Assembly (NCBI RefSeq): GCF_006345805.1
Contig: NC_043004.1
Location: forward strand, 29,574,001 to 29,638,000
From: Octopus sinensis
Taxonomy: Eukaryota
DNA: 64,000 nucleotides
Direction of reading: 5' to 3'
In this document: positions 37,995 through 50,293 of the stretch, one piece after another
Numbering within the stretch: position 1 is the first letter of the stretch
Layout of the letters: each line of letters starts with the position of its first letter
The notes under the pieces: model-generated
The model's input: the letters and a program-made list of their open reading frames with translations, nothing else
What the model was told of the DNA's origin: nothing
The model's database searches: none
Program-made: the position numbers and the translations under genes

Positions 37995-39199
37995 AATTTG
38001 AGATGGGTGATTCTTTCTTGTCTTGGGATTCATGGTCAAATGGCTGGGTAGAATTACGCGAAAAATGACACGGATGTGTAGACTGATCTGGTGGTGATGC
38101 TGGGCTTTGTATTTTTTCATAGCTCCCATGGTTACCGAGATAATCTATAATAATACTCTTGTGTTTATGAATGAGAAAGGAAGGGATGATAGATGAATAA
38201 GAAAGGAAGGAGTGATGTCATAATTGGTAGTGGGATGATTAAAAGTGTACGCTGTAAAAATAAATCAAACAGCATTTCAACTCTGTGTGAATATATGTGT
38301 GTGTATGTAAAAAGGCGGGGTATGTGAATGTGTGCGTGCATGGGCGCATGCAATGGAAGTGGTATGGTTCATCTTTGTTCGTTAGTATCTGAGTTTATTT
38401 TTTGATTTGGTTGAATCTTGGTTGTTTTTTTTTTGTTGTTGGTCAGTTATTTTTAGCGTTTTGACCGAAAAAGTAATTCTAAAATTGTTTTTTCATGTAA
38501 GCGCACCCAAACAAGTTGAAGGCTTACACAGAACAGGTTTTACAGCCACATCATCCAAACCAGCCAGGTGAAACGAGGCTTAGCTGCCAGTATATATATA
38601 AACACACATACATACATGCATACATCTATACACATGCACACACACACGCACACATATATACATGTATACATATATACATACATACATATATATATGTGTG
38701 TGTATATATATATATATATATATGTATGTATTTACATATGTATATATAATGAATGTGCATGTTTTCTGAGCGCTGCTCTCAAGCACTACTGCTAACTGAA
38801 TACCCCATCAAGCTTGCTTTGTAAGGAGGGTGATTTATTTAATTTAGTGGACACCCTACAGGATAAAGAACAAAACCTGTCAAAAGGTAGAGCAATTCAA
38901 GAGAGAGTCAGGTGCAATTCAAGAAAGTTCTAATCTTTCCAAAATACACACCCTCAACCACCTTTTTCCCACCCTTTTCTCATCTGTTTCACCTTCCTTT
39001 GCACATTCCACTCTATGCTTCATAATCCATTTAAATCATCTTTTCCGTGAGTTCTTTGCTCACACTAAACAGCATAAACTCCTGTGAATCCTTCATTCTG
39101 TCACATCCAATGCCGTTACACCCACTTCTCCTCCCTCCTTGATACACTCCCCCACATTTTCATCCCCACCCTTCCGTTACTCCAACACCCCATGCACTT

Positions 39200-40720
39200 A
39201 CTCTCTCTCCTCTCAGCCTTCACCACCACCCCTTGTACCACCCTTTCCACATCTAACTTATCCGCCCCCTTTCCACTTCAGTCTATTGTTACCATTCCTC
39301 CTGATCTTCCCCTCCCTGAGGCAGAGTGCTCTACTCTCAGTAAGGGTCTGCATTTCATCGCCTTCACTCCATCCAGTAACGAATTTCAGACCCATGCTGA
39401 TATTCATAGCTTTGTGCACCACGTCAGGCTATATGCACCATTCCACAACACTCCACCTGCATCTAATGAAGAGGGCTGCTTCACTGACCTGGGCCGCCAA
39501 CCATCCCATTGGATGCCAGCTCCTGGCCAGTTCCAAGCAGTTGATCATTTTGCAAGCATCTGGCCATGTTGTGGACTGTTTTAACTTTTGCAGGCATCCC
39601 TGACATTTTGATATCTCCTTGGTTGAACTCTTGGCCCTTTAATGTTTCTGATGCTTCAAAGACATCATCATAAAACCGGCTGACAAGAGTGGAGCCATGA
39701 TGGTGTGACACACAGACCTCTACAAGGCTGAAGCTCTCCACCAATTTCAAGACACCTATTGCCTTCTGCCCTCCAACTCCACACCTAACTGCCAACAGTC
39801 TGTATCCTGCACTATCCATGACCTCATCTCCTCCTCCCGTCTCCCTCTCACTGACCCCAGCCTCATTGTCTGCACTCCACGCACCCCCATCATTTACTTC
39901 CTTTCCAAAAACCTACAAAACCCTGGCTGCCCCATCGTCTCCGCCTGTAACTGCCCCACAGAATTGATCTCAAAATTCACTACAACACCTGTCTGTGTTC
40001 AGATTGTCTTGGCACAGGAGCCATCCGGACTCCCACCTTTGCCATGAACAGGAATTAATCTTCTCTTCACTCCTTTGCACCATATGGACTCAACTCCCCT
40101 GCTCTCCTCTCTTCCTCTGACACCTACTTCCTCTCTTCACTCCTACCCACCTTCTCTCTTCATTGATACTCTCTCCATCTACACCCCACGTACACCACTC
40201 CCACATACCCACCCCTGCACCCACATCTACACCCTACATACACATCCCCACCCCATCCCCACATCCAATACCACCAGCCCCACCCCACACCACTCCACAC
40301 ACACTATCACTGACCACTCCCCAGCACCTACACAACACCCCATCACCTGCACACCCACACATTACAGATGCCTGCACACATCCACACGTCAAAGTCACTG
40401 GCCCCTATCCACACACACATTCTCACATACATACATGCATGTGCACCTTCGTTTTGGGATCACCAATACTTTAGTATCTTCCTTTCTTTCTATCTCTCCT
40501 GTCAAATCTTTTTTTCCCAACCAGTTGCCATGCTTGATTGCTAAATCCACAAGTTTCTTTAGTCTCTGTTTATTTTCTCTTATTCCTTTCTGTTGAAGAG
40601 CATAGGCTCAAAACGTAAAAGACTTTCTCACTTTCCCAAGCATCAAACTAATACACCTGCTTGTTGTTCATACACATGTCTTCATCTTTTGCTTTTCTGT
40701 AAATTTCAACTATATATATA
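39200..40720 (+). mobile_element. Internally deleted Penelope-like element: RT N-terminal part, ORF C-terminus, CA-rich region, terminal repeat B
   Basis: STLSKGLHF...; IIIKPADKSGAM; PIIYFLSK...PGCPIVSACNCPTELIS, which are PLE RT motifs. It jumps at ~39990 to ...EQELIFSLHSFAPYGLNS (PLE C-terminal GLN). A hammerhead-like motif lies at 40586-40621. Confidence 0.88.
40586..40621 (+). ncRNA. Minimal hammerhead-like motif, family B (decayed)
   Basis: CTTT-CTGTTGA-A-GAGC(ATAG)GCTC-AAA-ACGT-A-AAAG. The sister copy at 55136-55171 supplies CTGTCGA and GAA. Confidence 0.5.
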
Positions 40721-41158
40721 TATGTATGCATACATGTATTCTGAGCCAGGACATAGAAATACTCAGGTTGGTGTCCAAGGGCACAAACACTCCTCCTCCT
40801 TAAATTTTGCATACCAATTCAAAATAGAATGTCTGTCTAGTGCCTGCTTGGTAAACGTACGAAATTTGTGTTGAACATTGTGTCCATGATTCAGTTTTAT
40901 CATTTTCTAGGATGCAAAATGACTTCTCTTGTTTTGTGAATGACATTACTGGATCTGGAAAGAGATAAGAAACAAAATTAAATCAAATTTAATTAAATTA
41001 AAATCAAATTAACAGAAGAAAACTTGATACTTTTAGTTTTTAAATGGTACCAGTTCAATCATGCTACCATAGATTTTTGAAACACTTTGTATTGTTGCAT
41101 ATCCCACATACAACAAATGCTTTCTGGTTCACTCACAATAGCTGTATTATATATATAA

Positions 41159-41219
<61 letters not shown>

Positions 41220-41689
41220 TATATAGCCATTGAACTTTTACTGCTGCTCATTATCATCATTTTAATATTCACTTTAGCATGCTCACATAGGTCAGAATTT
41301 TTGTGATAGATTTTCTACAGCCAGAAGCCCTTCTTTTCACCAACTTTCACTTGCTCCCAAGTAAGGTTCTTTTTCTCCATCAACAGACATGTTTCCGTAG
41401 ATGATTGGACATGAAGAACACCACTTGCATGACAGTAACACACACATGAGCATATGCATGTATGCATGCACACACACACACATACTTTTGTACTTCCTAT
41501 TAGCAAACGAAAGATAATGGAGAATAAATAATACTGAAAAATTTCCATTTTCCTGCTTCATTATATATATATGTATATACATACATATACATATATATAT
41601 ATGTATATATATACATATACATATATATATATATGTATATATATACATATACATATACATATATATAAAATGTGACCTCGTCGGTACCG

Positions 41690-41880
41690 TTGGCAATTTT
41701 TTTTCCTCTGTCTTCCCTTCTCTGGATCTTTCCTTCTCCTATGTTTCCGACGAAGAGCTCCTCTCAAAACGTTAAACCCTCCATTTTTCCTTCTTTCCTG
41801 AGCGTCCAATAATACTATATTTGTTCTACGTCGTCGCGTTGTTGTGTTTTTTTGTGTTTTCTTGTTTGGATCAACTATAT
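41690..41880 (+). mobile_element. PLE-like terminal repeat family A, second copy, with decayed hammerhead-like motif at 41743-41777
   Basis: High identity to 15690-15900 and flanked by TA repeats. Confidence 0.75.
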
Positions 41881-41933
41881 ATATATATATACCCATGCTT
41901 GCATGGAAGATAGACATTAAATGATGATGATGA

Positions 41934-41971
<38 letters not shown>

Positions 41972-43139
41972 GCACGTATATATCACAAAGCCACACCTAC
42001 ACCTAGCCATTCTTAGCACATTAAATGTATAAACACTAAATTAAGTAATCACTATTCATGCACAACAAAGTGTTAATCAGAAATGTAATATATTTAAATA
42101 TTACAAAACCTTGTTGTGAGTGGAAACCTCTCCTTCTTTTACCCACATTTCAACAACATGAAAAGAATGTGTTTTACATTCTTAATATGCCAACAGTGGG
42201 TCTTTATAATATTAAACTTATTTCAGTCCTGCTATTTTAATTATTAATATTGTTTGACATAATTAGGTAGTTAAGTATAAAATATGGAAGAGGTAATTGG
42301 GTGGAAGATATAAAATGCAGTAATTACATAAAACAAAAAAATCCAGTGAAAATTGAACTTCTATTGTATATTTCAAATCACCTGACAGATTGCATAACAG
42401 TTTCATTTTTTCAGAATCAGATATAATGGTAAATACTGTTGAAACTAAGCAATAGCCTTTTTCCTAAATATATTATGATAGCATAAAAGGAAAATAATAA
42501 ACAGAGAAAATAATCAAGTATTTCAAGAATGGGGAAAACAAAACAGACACGTTGTTATTCATAGAAAGAGAGAGAGAATGGAAATGAGAATAGTAAAATA
42601 TATCATAACATACTGGAATATTATTAGTGCAACAGTAACTGATGCTCATGTTGCTACTCTTTTATCTTTTAATTGTTTCAGCCATTGGACTGTAGCCAAG
42701 CTAGGGTACCACCTTGAAGGGTTTTAGTTAAATGAATCAACCCTCTAGCACTTGCTATTTTTTTTTTTTTTTGAGCCTGAAACTTATTCTATTTGTCTCT
42801 CATACTGAACCACTAAGTGACAGAGATGTAAACAAACCAGCACTGGTTGTCAAGTGGTGGTGGGGGGGGGGGACAAACACAAAGACACACATACACACAC
42901 ACAGAAATATATGTATGTATGTTCATTCTCTCCTGTTTTTAATAATTTAAATTCTTTCTCTGAGGAAGGAACCTGTTTTTTGGCCAAAATACAAAAAGCT
43001 CCATCATTGGAAGGTAGATAACAAAACAGTGTCCTATTTTAAGCTTGAAAAATGTCTTGCATATTTTTACTGATTATATTTGTAATGTGTGAATTAGTTG
43101 GTTGATTTCTTTTCCTGAAAACACTGCTTATCCAGAAGC

Positions 43140-44930
43140 TGGTGGTTTTGAAGCAGTTGTCCATAGTTATCCTCTTTCTCTTTGATTTTGGAAGAGATAT
43201 TCACTTCAACAGGACAGCTGACCTCAATGAAGGTACATACTTTTTATTGTCTGTCCCAAACAACAGTTTCTGGCCTGTTATGGTTCTGTTTAGATATTTT
43301 GATGGGAATGTCCCACCAGTATTCCTTATGTCAATGGGGCACCAGCATTGGTGTGATCATTTCATGTCATTTTTACAAACTTCTCTTCATATTTGGCTTT
43401 TTGAATGTGGAAGTGGGTCAATGTCACCCTCATTTGCATTTCTTGCAATGATGTCAGTTCATTTGTTATCTCAGATAAGAATTTTGTTATTTGAATGCAT
43501 CCACAGCTACATCTCATAGATCTATGAGGTATATTTTTTTTATTGGCTCCTTGTTTCCACCAGAGGCACTGCTGTTTGTATGATTATTAGTTTAATTAAT
43601 TTTGTTTCTATGACCATCTTTTCATGTTTGGTTTTAGTGAATGAGGGGGCTGGACAACACTACCTTCATATATGTTGTTGCTGTGTTGTGGGTTCATCTA
43701 GTATCTCAGATTAAAACTTGTCTAAGTGTTCTTTTGAACAAATCTATATCTGTTCCTTGTAGATATCTGATTTAAAAAAAAAATTTTGGTAAGGTGTTTA
43801 AAAGCTGTGGCCTGTGAATCCTAAGATATTACAGTATGGGTCCTTACTCTAGATAAAGAAAGTAGGATCTTTGGTTCTATGTAGTTGTCTCTAGTTTGGT
43901 ATTGGTATAGCTTTCATTCCCAAAGTGATCTTCCAGATATACAGGGTATCCCAAAAGTCACTGAGGGTTTCGATTCATAATAACTTATTTAACTTTACAA
44001 ATAAATGCATGAAATGTTGATACAATATGAAGAACATAATGGAAATTAATATGAACAAGTCAAATTTTGTAGCACCACCACATCACATATGAAAAATGGC
44101 ATTGCTTAAATGGCAGCCATTTTTGGTTTCACATGCCTGTGCTCTTTCCAAAACTTGCACCATAATACCCTCAAGAGTTTCAGTTCCCACTTCTCTGATT
44201 TCTTTATTGATGTTTTCCTTCAGTTGCACCAGGGTCACTAGTTTATTGATGTAAGCTCTCTCTTCCAGGTATCCCCACCAGAAAAAATCCAGGCTAGTCA
44301 AGTTTGGTGGCCATTCAAAGTAGACTTCACACATGGTTTTAGCAAGATGGAGCAACTGCTCATACCGCAAGAGAAACAATGCAGTTGCTAAGACAGTGCT
44401 TTGGAGAGAGAATAATCTCCTGCTATGGCAATGTCAATTGGCCTTCAGGTTCCCCTGACTTGTGGGGATACTTGAAAGAGAGGGTTTATGTCAACAAACC
44501 AGTGATCCTGGTGCAACTGAAGGAGAACATCAATAGAGAAATCAGAGAAGTGGGGTCTGAAACTCTTCAGGGTGTTATGGTGCAAGTTTTGGAAAGAGCA
44601 CAGGCATGTGAAACTGAAAGTGGCTGCCATTTAAGCAATGTCGTTTTTCATATGTAATGTAGTGGTGATGCAAAATTTGCCTTGTGCATATTAATTTCTA
44701 TTGTGATTTATATTGTATCAAAATTTATAAAGTTAAGTTATTAAAAATTGAAACCCATCAGTGACTTTTGGGACACTTTTGTATATCACTGCAAATCCTT
44801 CATATCTTCTCTCTCAGGAGCAGAGCCTCCATTCTTTTACTCTCTCCTCCTCATAGTTCATCTGTTGTACTGAGGCAATCTTCTTGTAACTGTGTTGGAG
44901 TGTTTCAAGCTCAGCTGTTAGTTTAACGCT
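43140..44930 (-). mobile_element. Dong/R4-like (restriction-like endonuclease) LINE remnant, split by a Tc1/mariner insertion
   Basis: Minus: HKEYWWDIPIKT..HNRPETVVWDRQ*KVCTFIEVSCPVEVNISSKIKEKEDNYGQL, the PD-(D/E)xK RLE domain of R4/Dong-type LINEs. LINE-like sequence continues on both sides of 43942-44781. Confidence 0.75.
43942..44781. mobile_element. Non-autonomous Tc1/mariner-type fold-back element made of two inverted transposase 3' ends
   Basis: TA|cagggtatcccaaaagtcactga ... tcagtgacttttgggacacttttg|TA. Left arm (minus) WPPNLTSLDFFWWGYLEERAY...ERAQAC; right arm (plus) WPSGSPDLWGYLKERVY...ERAQAC. Confidence 0.9.
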
Positions 44931-45847
44931 CTATGGTAATGATAACGGGGAGCAGTAGTTCAGGTGACTGAGAAGAAAATGTTCTTCACAGGACCAACAT
45001 AGTTTGTGTTTGTGTGTGTGTGTCTACAACTTTCACTGAGCAAAATGTGAATACATCAGCAAGGAAACTGAACAACTGGTGCTTTTTTTAATGAAATTGT
45101 TTGTGATATGTATTCTACACAAACAGTCCTTTATCACTCTTGCCATCAGAAATACATCAGTCTCTTGTAATCAAACAAAGCTATTATTTTCCTGTCATAG
45201 TATGGCAGTTCTTCTCATACATCTGTATAACTAAAAATAACTTGAGTTCCTTAACAATGGAACCTTTATATCGGGCTATTCTCAATAGTTAAAAAGAGTT
45301 ACTTTAGCACCTTCTTGACATGAAGTCTTTTGCTGCATCTGTGATTATGTAGGGATATTTTAGGAGGTGGGACAGTGAATGGCAGAACCAGCAGAACACT
45401 GGAAATAAATGTATTACCATATTTACATTCATACCATTAAATTTTGAGTTCAAGTCCCACTGTGGTTGACTTCGCCTTTTAATTTTTCCATGATTAATGA
45501 ATACCAGTTAGATATTAGTCAACAAACAAGTCTGATGCCGTGCTCTCCTTTCTAATAGATTAGGAATGTTGGTGTTTTTGTTGATGAGTGAGGGAAATTT
45601 GTAAGATTGGAAACTATCGAAACCTATGGGAGGTATTGTTTGTCTTTGTTAGGTAGAAGTTGTAATTTTTGGCTCAATTTAACACCCCGACCTGACACTT
45701 GGGTACCTGTAGCAGAGTTTACTCTGTTGCAACTATGCAAATCAGGTCTGATAATTTGTTTCCTCCATACAATCTCAGAGACATTAAAAATGGGTCTTGG
45801 ATATTGCTTTCCTTTCTATGAATAAGTAAAAAAAGAAAATGTGCTTA

Positions 45848-45888
<41 letters not shown>

Positions 45889-45925
45889 GACTGACTGACT
45901 GACTGACTGACTGACTGACTGACTG
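45848..45925. repeat. Compound (TCTG)n(ACTG)n microsatellite
   Basis: Direct inspection. Confidence 0.95.
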
Positions 45926-46128
45926 CATGCATGTGTGTGTAGGTGTGTGTGTATGTATACACACACACATATAATTTCTACTTCCATAAGTCAGTGAAGG
46001 AGTTGTGGTGCAGTTAGTGAAACAGTCAACTAATGTGGGAGCTCCTGTATAATAACCGCCAAGTTGCCCTCCAGAGATGTCCTAATAACCACAAAACAAG
46101 GGCCACTTTTGTTAAGTTTGAAATGCTG

Positions 46129-46818
46129 CATCATCATCATCATCCTTCGACCAACCATAGGCTGGTTGGAACGTCCATTGACAATCCCTTTCCACACTAC
46201 ACGGTCCTGCACTGCTGTGTTTAGATCTCTAATATTGAACCCTGAGTCCTGAGATATAGTATCTGGAAATGTCAGAGGGATGCCATAGGAGCAGGGATGG
46301 GACAACCTCTTTCTCTGCTTGATGACAGTGGCCAGCAAATTGTAGCTGTTTCTGCTTTAGCTTGAGGGATATTGGAAAAAGCACTGGAGGAAGCAGCAAA
46401 CCAGGTCAGCCTTTCATGATCTCCTCCAAGGTAACCAAACTTAAATTGCTCAGTAGTATATCACTCAAAAACGTTGATGACTTCAAATATCTTGGATCAC
46501 ACAGAGTAGACTCCCAAAAGGACATTCGCATCCACAAAGCTCTTGCTTGGGAAGCATGTAACAGACTTGATAAGATCTGGCACTCAAACCTTCCACTACA
46601 TTAAAAGTTAAAATATTTAGAACACTGATTGAGCCGGTCCTTCTCTATGGATCAGAGAACTGGACCTTATCGGCTCTCTTAGAGAAACAACTAGATGGAA
46701 CATATACAAACCTGCTCAGAAAGATACAGAACATCAATTGGTGATCGCACCCAGCACTTAGTAACATCTATGGAAATCTGACATCAATATCCTTCAAGCT
46801 AAAGCAGAAACAGCTACA
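46129..46818 (-). mobile_element. RTE/RTE-X-like LINE with inverted 5' segment
   Basis: Plus 46371-46818: LKNVDDFKYLGS...ALAWEACNRLDKIWHS...VLLYGSENWTL...LKQKQL. Minus 46374-46129 continues LKQKQLQFAGHC...DRVVWKGIV plus an (ATG)n tail. Confidence 0.85.
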
Positions 46819-47046
46819 TCACCATACCAGGCCAAATCACCTTCAAACCTCATCCTATTGTTTTAAAAAATGGCACATTAGATAATGTATCACACTATGT
46901 CATAATAAAAGACTGGATTATCAGGTATTTACAATTAGAACTAACTTGGAACTAAACAGTAACAAATAACAATCAACTCTTTTGATCATGGCTGTCCTAA
47001 GGTTTGAAAACACTTACATGGAAAACACTGTTTCAAAAAGACCTAC

Positions 47047-47068
47047 TGTCTCTTTCTTTCCTTTAATG
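47047..47068 (-). CDS. Candidate 22-nt micro-exon
   Basis: Minus cgtcttttatttcag|CATTAAAGGAAAGAAAGAGACA|gtaggt has a strong acceptor and donor. No homology support. Confidence 0.27.
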
Positions 47069-47460
47069 CTGAAATAAAAGACGTAATCATGACTCCAACA
47101 TCACTTCTAAGTCCCAAATCTACTAACTTTTTGGCTTATATCTACTGAAAGGAAATCATTACATGTTAGCTGTGGCCATTACTCATTGTTCAGGACTAGA
47201 TTGAGAACTAAATGAGTTGTAAGTTCCCCTAGTGTCACAGTCTACCCCACAAAACCAAACAGACTATGACAGTATACTGAGTTAGGAGTTTCTGAAGATC
47301 AATCAGAAGTATGCTTAACAAAAGCTAACAACATCAATAACTACCACATAAGGTGAGAGTGAAGCTATAAAGAATAATGAAAAACAGATATAAAAAAACA
47401 GTAATAAGTTTCATATGAATTAGTGCATGAACATTAAGTTGACTATCATATAGTTTAGAT

Positions 47461-49295
47461 CAGTGGTTCTCAACCATTTTTTTACCAATGGCATACCTTG
47501 AAACATATGGGAAAATAGCGGCACACCTGGCTAAATATATGTGAAAAGTATTTTAATTTTGCAAAATAAAAACCTGGCAAGTCATAGATGGCACATAACC
47601 ATAGACACAGACTAGTCATAGACACATAAAATGACTCAAACTATATAAAGAAAAACACAGCTATGAACTTACTTTATTGCCGTGTTTCAAATTTCATCAG
47701 TCAAATAGTTGGCTTCTTTAGTGAGAATTTTGTGTGTAGCTTTTATTCATAATTTCCTCAATGTTTGGTCGAATATGAGACAGACACACCCTCATTTCTT
47801 CTTCTGTCGTACATAATCTCTCATGCTTCTTGTTTTTGATGTTGGTTAATGTTGAAAAGCCTAATTCACATATATAGGAAGTTTAAAATTGTAATAAAAT
47901 TGCTAAAGCTCTTTTACATAATATGGGATACTCCTCTTGAATTGAAATCTAAAATGAATCAATAGGCAGGGTCAAATGTTTTAACTTTAACCCTTGATCA
48001 CTAGAAAGGGTGGCAAATTCTTCTTCCTGTAACTCAAGTTCAATGTTAGAAGAATGATTTATGAAAAGATCTCTAATCCCATCATACTTTTCTGTCTTTA
48101 ATAACGGAAAGTAATTGTTGATGCTTTCGTCCAGGGCTGTCAGATGAGTAACCACAATAGGGATATTTCTCTAATGCAGGTAGAATGCAATAAAGGGAAT
48201 ATATATAGATTACCAATGCTTGCTCTTTTTTCCCAAATCACAGTTTTCTTTTTGAAGGCAACTAACTTGTCTGTTGAAGTGAGAATATTTTCGTTTTTAC
48301 CTTGCATACTACTGTTTGTTTTATTTAGTTCACTAAATATTTCTGTTAAGTATTCCATTTTAGACATCCAAAATTTGCAACTAAGGTATTTCTCTTGCTT
48401 TCTCTGGAAAAAAATGATTCCTTGATCAGTTCGTGAATACGATTTAGTACTTTGCCTTTCGACAGCCAGTGAATCTTAGTGTGCATTAATAATTTAACAT
48501 GCTGAGAGTCCATCTCTTTGCAAAATTGTTCAAATAATTATGAGTTCAATGGCCTACTTTTTATATAATTGACCATTCCAACAACTTAATGTAACACAAC
48601 CTTGAAATCTTCTTGCGATATTTTTGAAACAAGAACTTCTCTATGTAGAAAACAATGAGTACAAATGAGATTTGGATTTTCTTTTTCTACAAAGGATACA
48701 AATCCTTTAATACAGCCTGTCCTGCATGGGGCTCCATTGGTGCAAATGATAACACAGGATCTCCAAGACAAATTCAAAAATATCTTGGAATCTGGTAGTT
48801 GTGGACATTTCTTTACAGCACAAAAATTGATTGATTATTTCATTCTCGTCAATAAAATGTACAAATGCAAGCAATTGACTTTTAATGCTGATGTCAGTGG
48901 ATTCATCTATGGCTAAAACAAAATTAGAATTCTTAAGCTTTTTCTGAACATGGTCTTCAATATTTTTCGAAATATCTAGGATTCTTCTACATATTGTATC
49001 ATTTGAAAGCAGGGATATTGTTCAATTCCTTCTCAGCCTATTCACCAAACATGGATTTTACTATCGTTTTGCAAGTTGGGAAGATGACTGACTCAGCAAG
49101 CATGTGGAATTTAGATGTTAATGCTATTATTTCAGCCACCTGAATTGACACTAGCTGGGTTCATTCAGATACGGTCATTATTTTTCACAAAATAACTTCA
49201 CTGTTTTGATTTCTGCTCTGACAGTCTTTGAAAGTAATCAAACGTTTTATCTTTCAGAGATGAATGTTTTGAATTAAAATGTCTTTCTAACTTAC

Positions 49296-49337
<42 letters not shown>

Positions 49338-50293
49338 GATTAACATCCGCTTTTCATGCTAGCATGGGTTGGACGATTTTGACTGAGGGCTGGCGAAACA
49401 GATGGCTGCTCCAGGCTCCAATCTTGATTTAGCAGAGTTTCTACAGCTGGATGTCCTTCCTAGCACCAACCATTCCGAGAGTGTAGTGGGTGCTTTTTAC
49501 GTGTCACCGGCACGGGGGCCAGTCAGACGGTACTTTTTACAAATGCCACCAGCACAGGTGCCAGTAAGGCGATGTTCATAACGACCACGCTCAAATGGTG
49601 CCCTTTTATGTGCCACCGGCACGGAAGTCACTTGGCTGCTCTGGCAATGATCACGCTCGGATGGTGCTCTTGGCACCCTACTAACACGGGCACAAGTGCC
49701 AGTAAGGCGATGCTGGTAACGATCACACTCGAATGGTGTCTTTTATGTGCCACTGGCACGGAAGCTGGTTAGCCGCTCTGTCAACGATCATGCTCGTATG
49801 GTGCTCTTTGCACCCTGCTAGTATGGATGCCAGTCATCGAATGTGATTTTGATTGGTGCCATGAATTTATTTGACATGGTTTTACCGCACACTATGCTTG
49901 ATGGACTTGGTTTGCCAACATCACCAGACCAATAAAATCCAAATTTCAAATAGTTTTCACAATATTGTCGATTGATGTTTCTCTTTTTGACAATAGAGGT
50001 TGATGGTTGTTCGCCTCTGGACTTAGACTCGTCACTAATATCCTTCCTTTTCAAATATTCATCCACTGTGAAGGGTCATGAAATATCAATATGATAGTTT
50101 TGGGTAGGATTGTCTATATTGAGATGACAGTGTCTTTCAGTCCTCAAAGCCTTCTCTTTCGTGTACAAACACAGCAAAACAATAAAAATATGTCTTCCTA
50201 CCTAAAATTGATGTTTTATGAGACCATGTCTGGCTGGAAATCATCAATTTTTGATGTATTACACACAAAAATAGTCACTGGTTGAGCACTGAC
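47461..50293 (-). mobile_element. Decayed hAT transposon, Buster/ZBED5-like, interrupted by a retro-insert
   Basis: TIR cagtggttctcaacc at 47461, preceded by gttTAgat (nnnTAnnn target). Minus fragments: RQYCENYLKFGF...C..C...MAP|SKLERHFNSKH, ICTNGAPCRTG...THCFLHREVL, YLTEIFSELN..MQGKNENIL. The other TIR is only a weak match (ggttgagcactg at ~50280-50291). Confidence 0.9.
49298..49850 (-). mobile_element. RTE-3'UTR-type repeat with five to six tandem units inserted in the hAT ORF
   Basis: (CAT)n tail at 49298-49337 and shared core. The hAT reading frame resumes across it (MAP|SKLERH). Confidence 0.88.
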
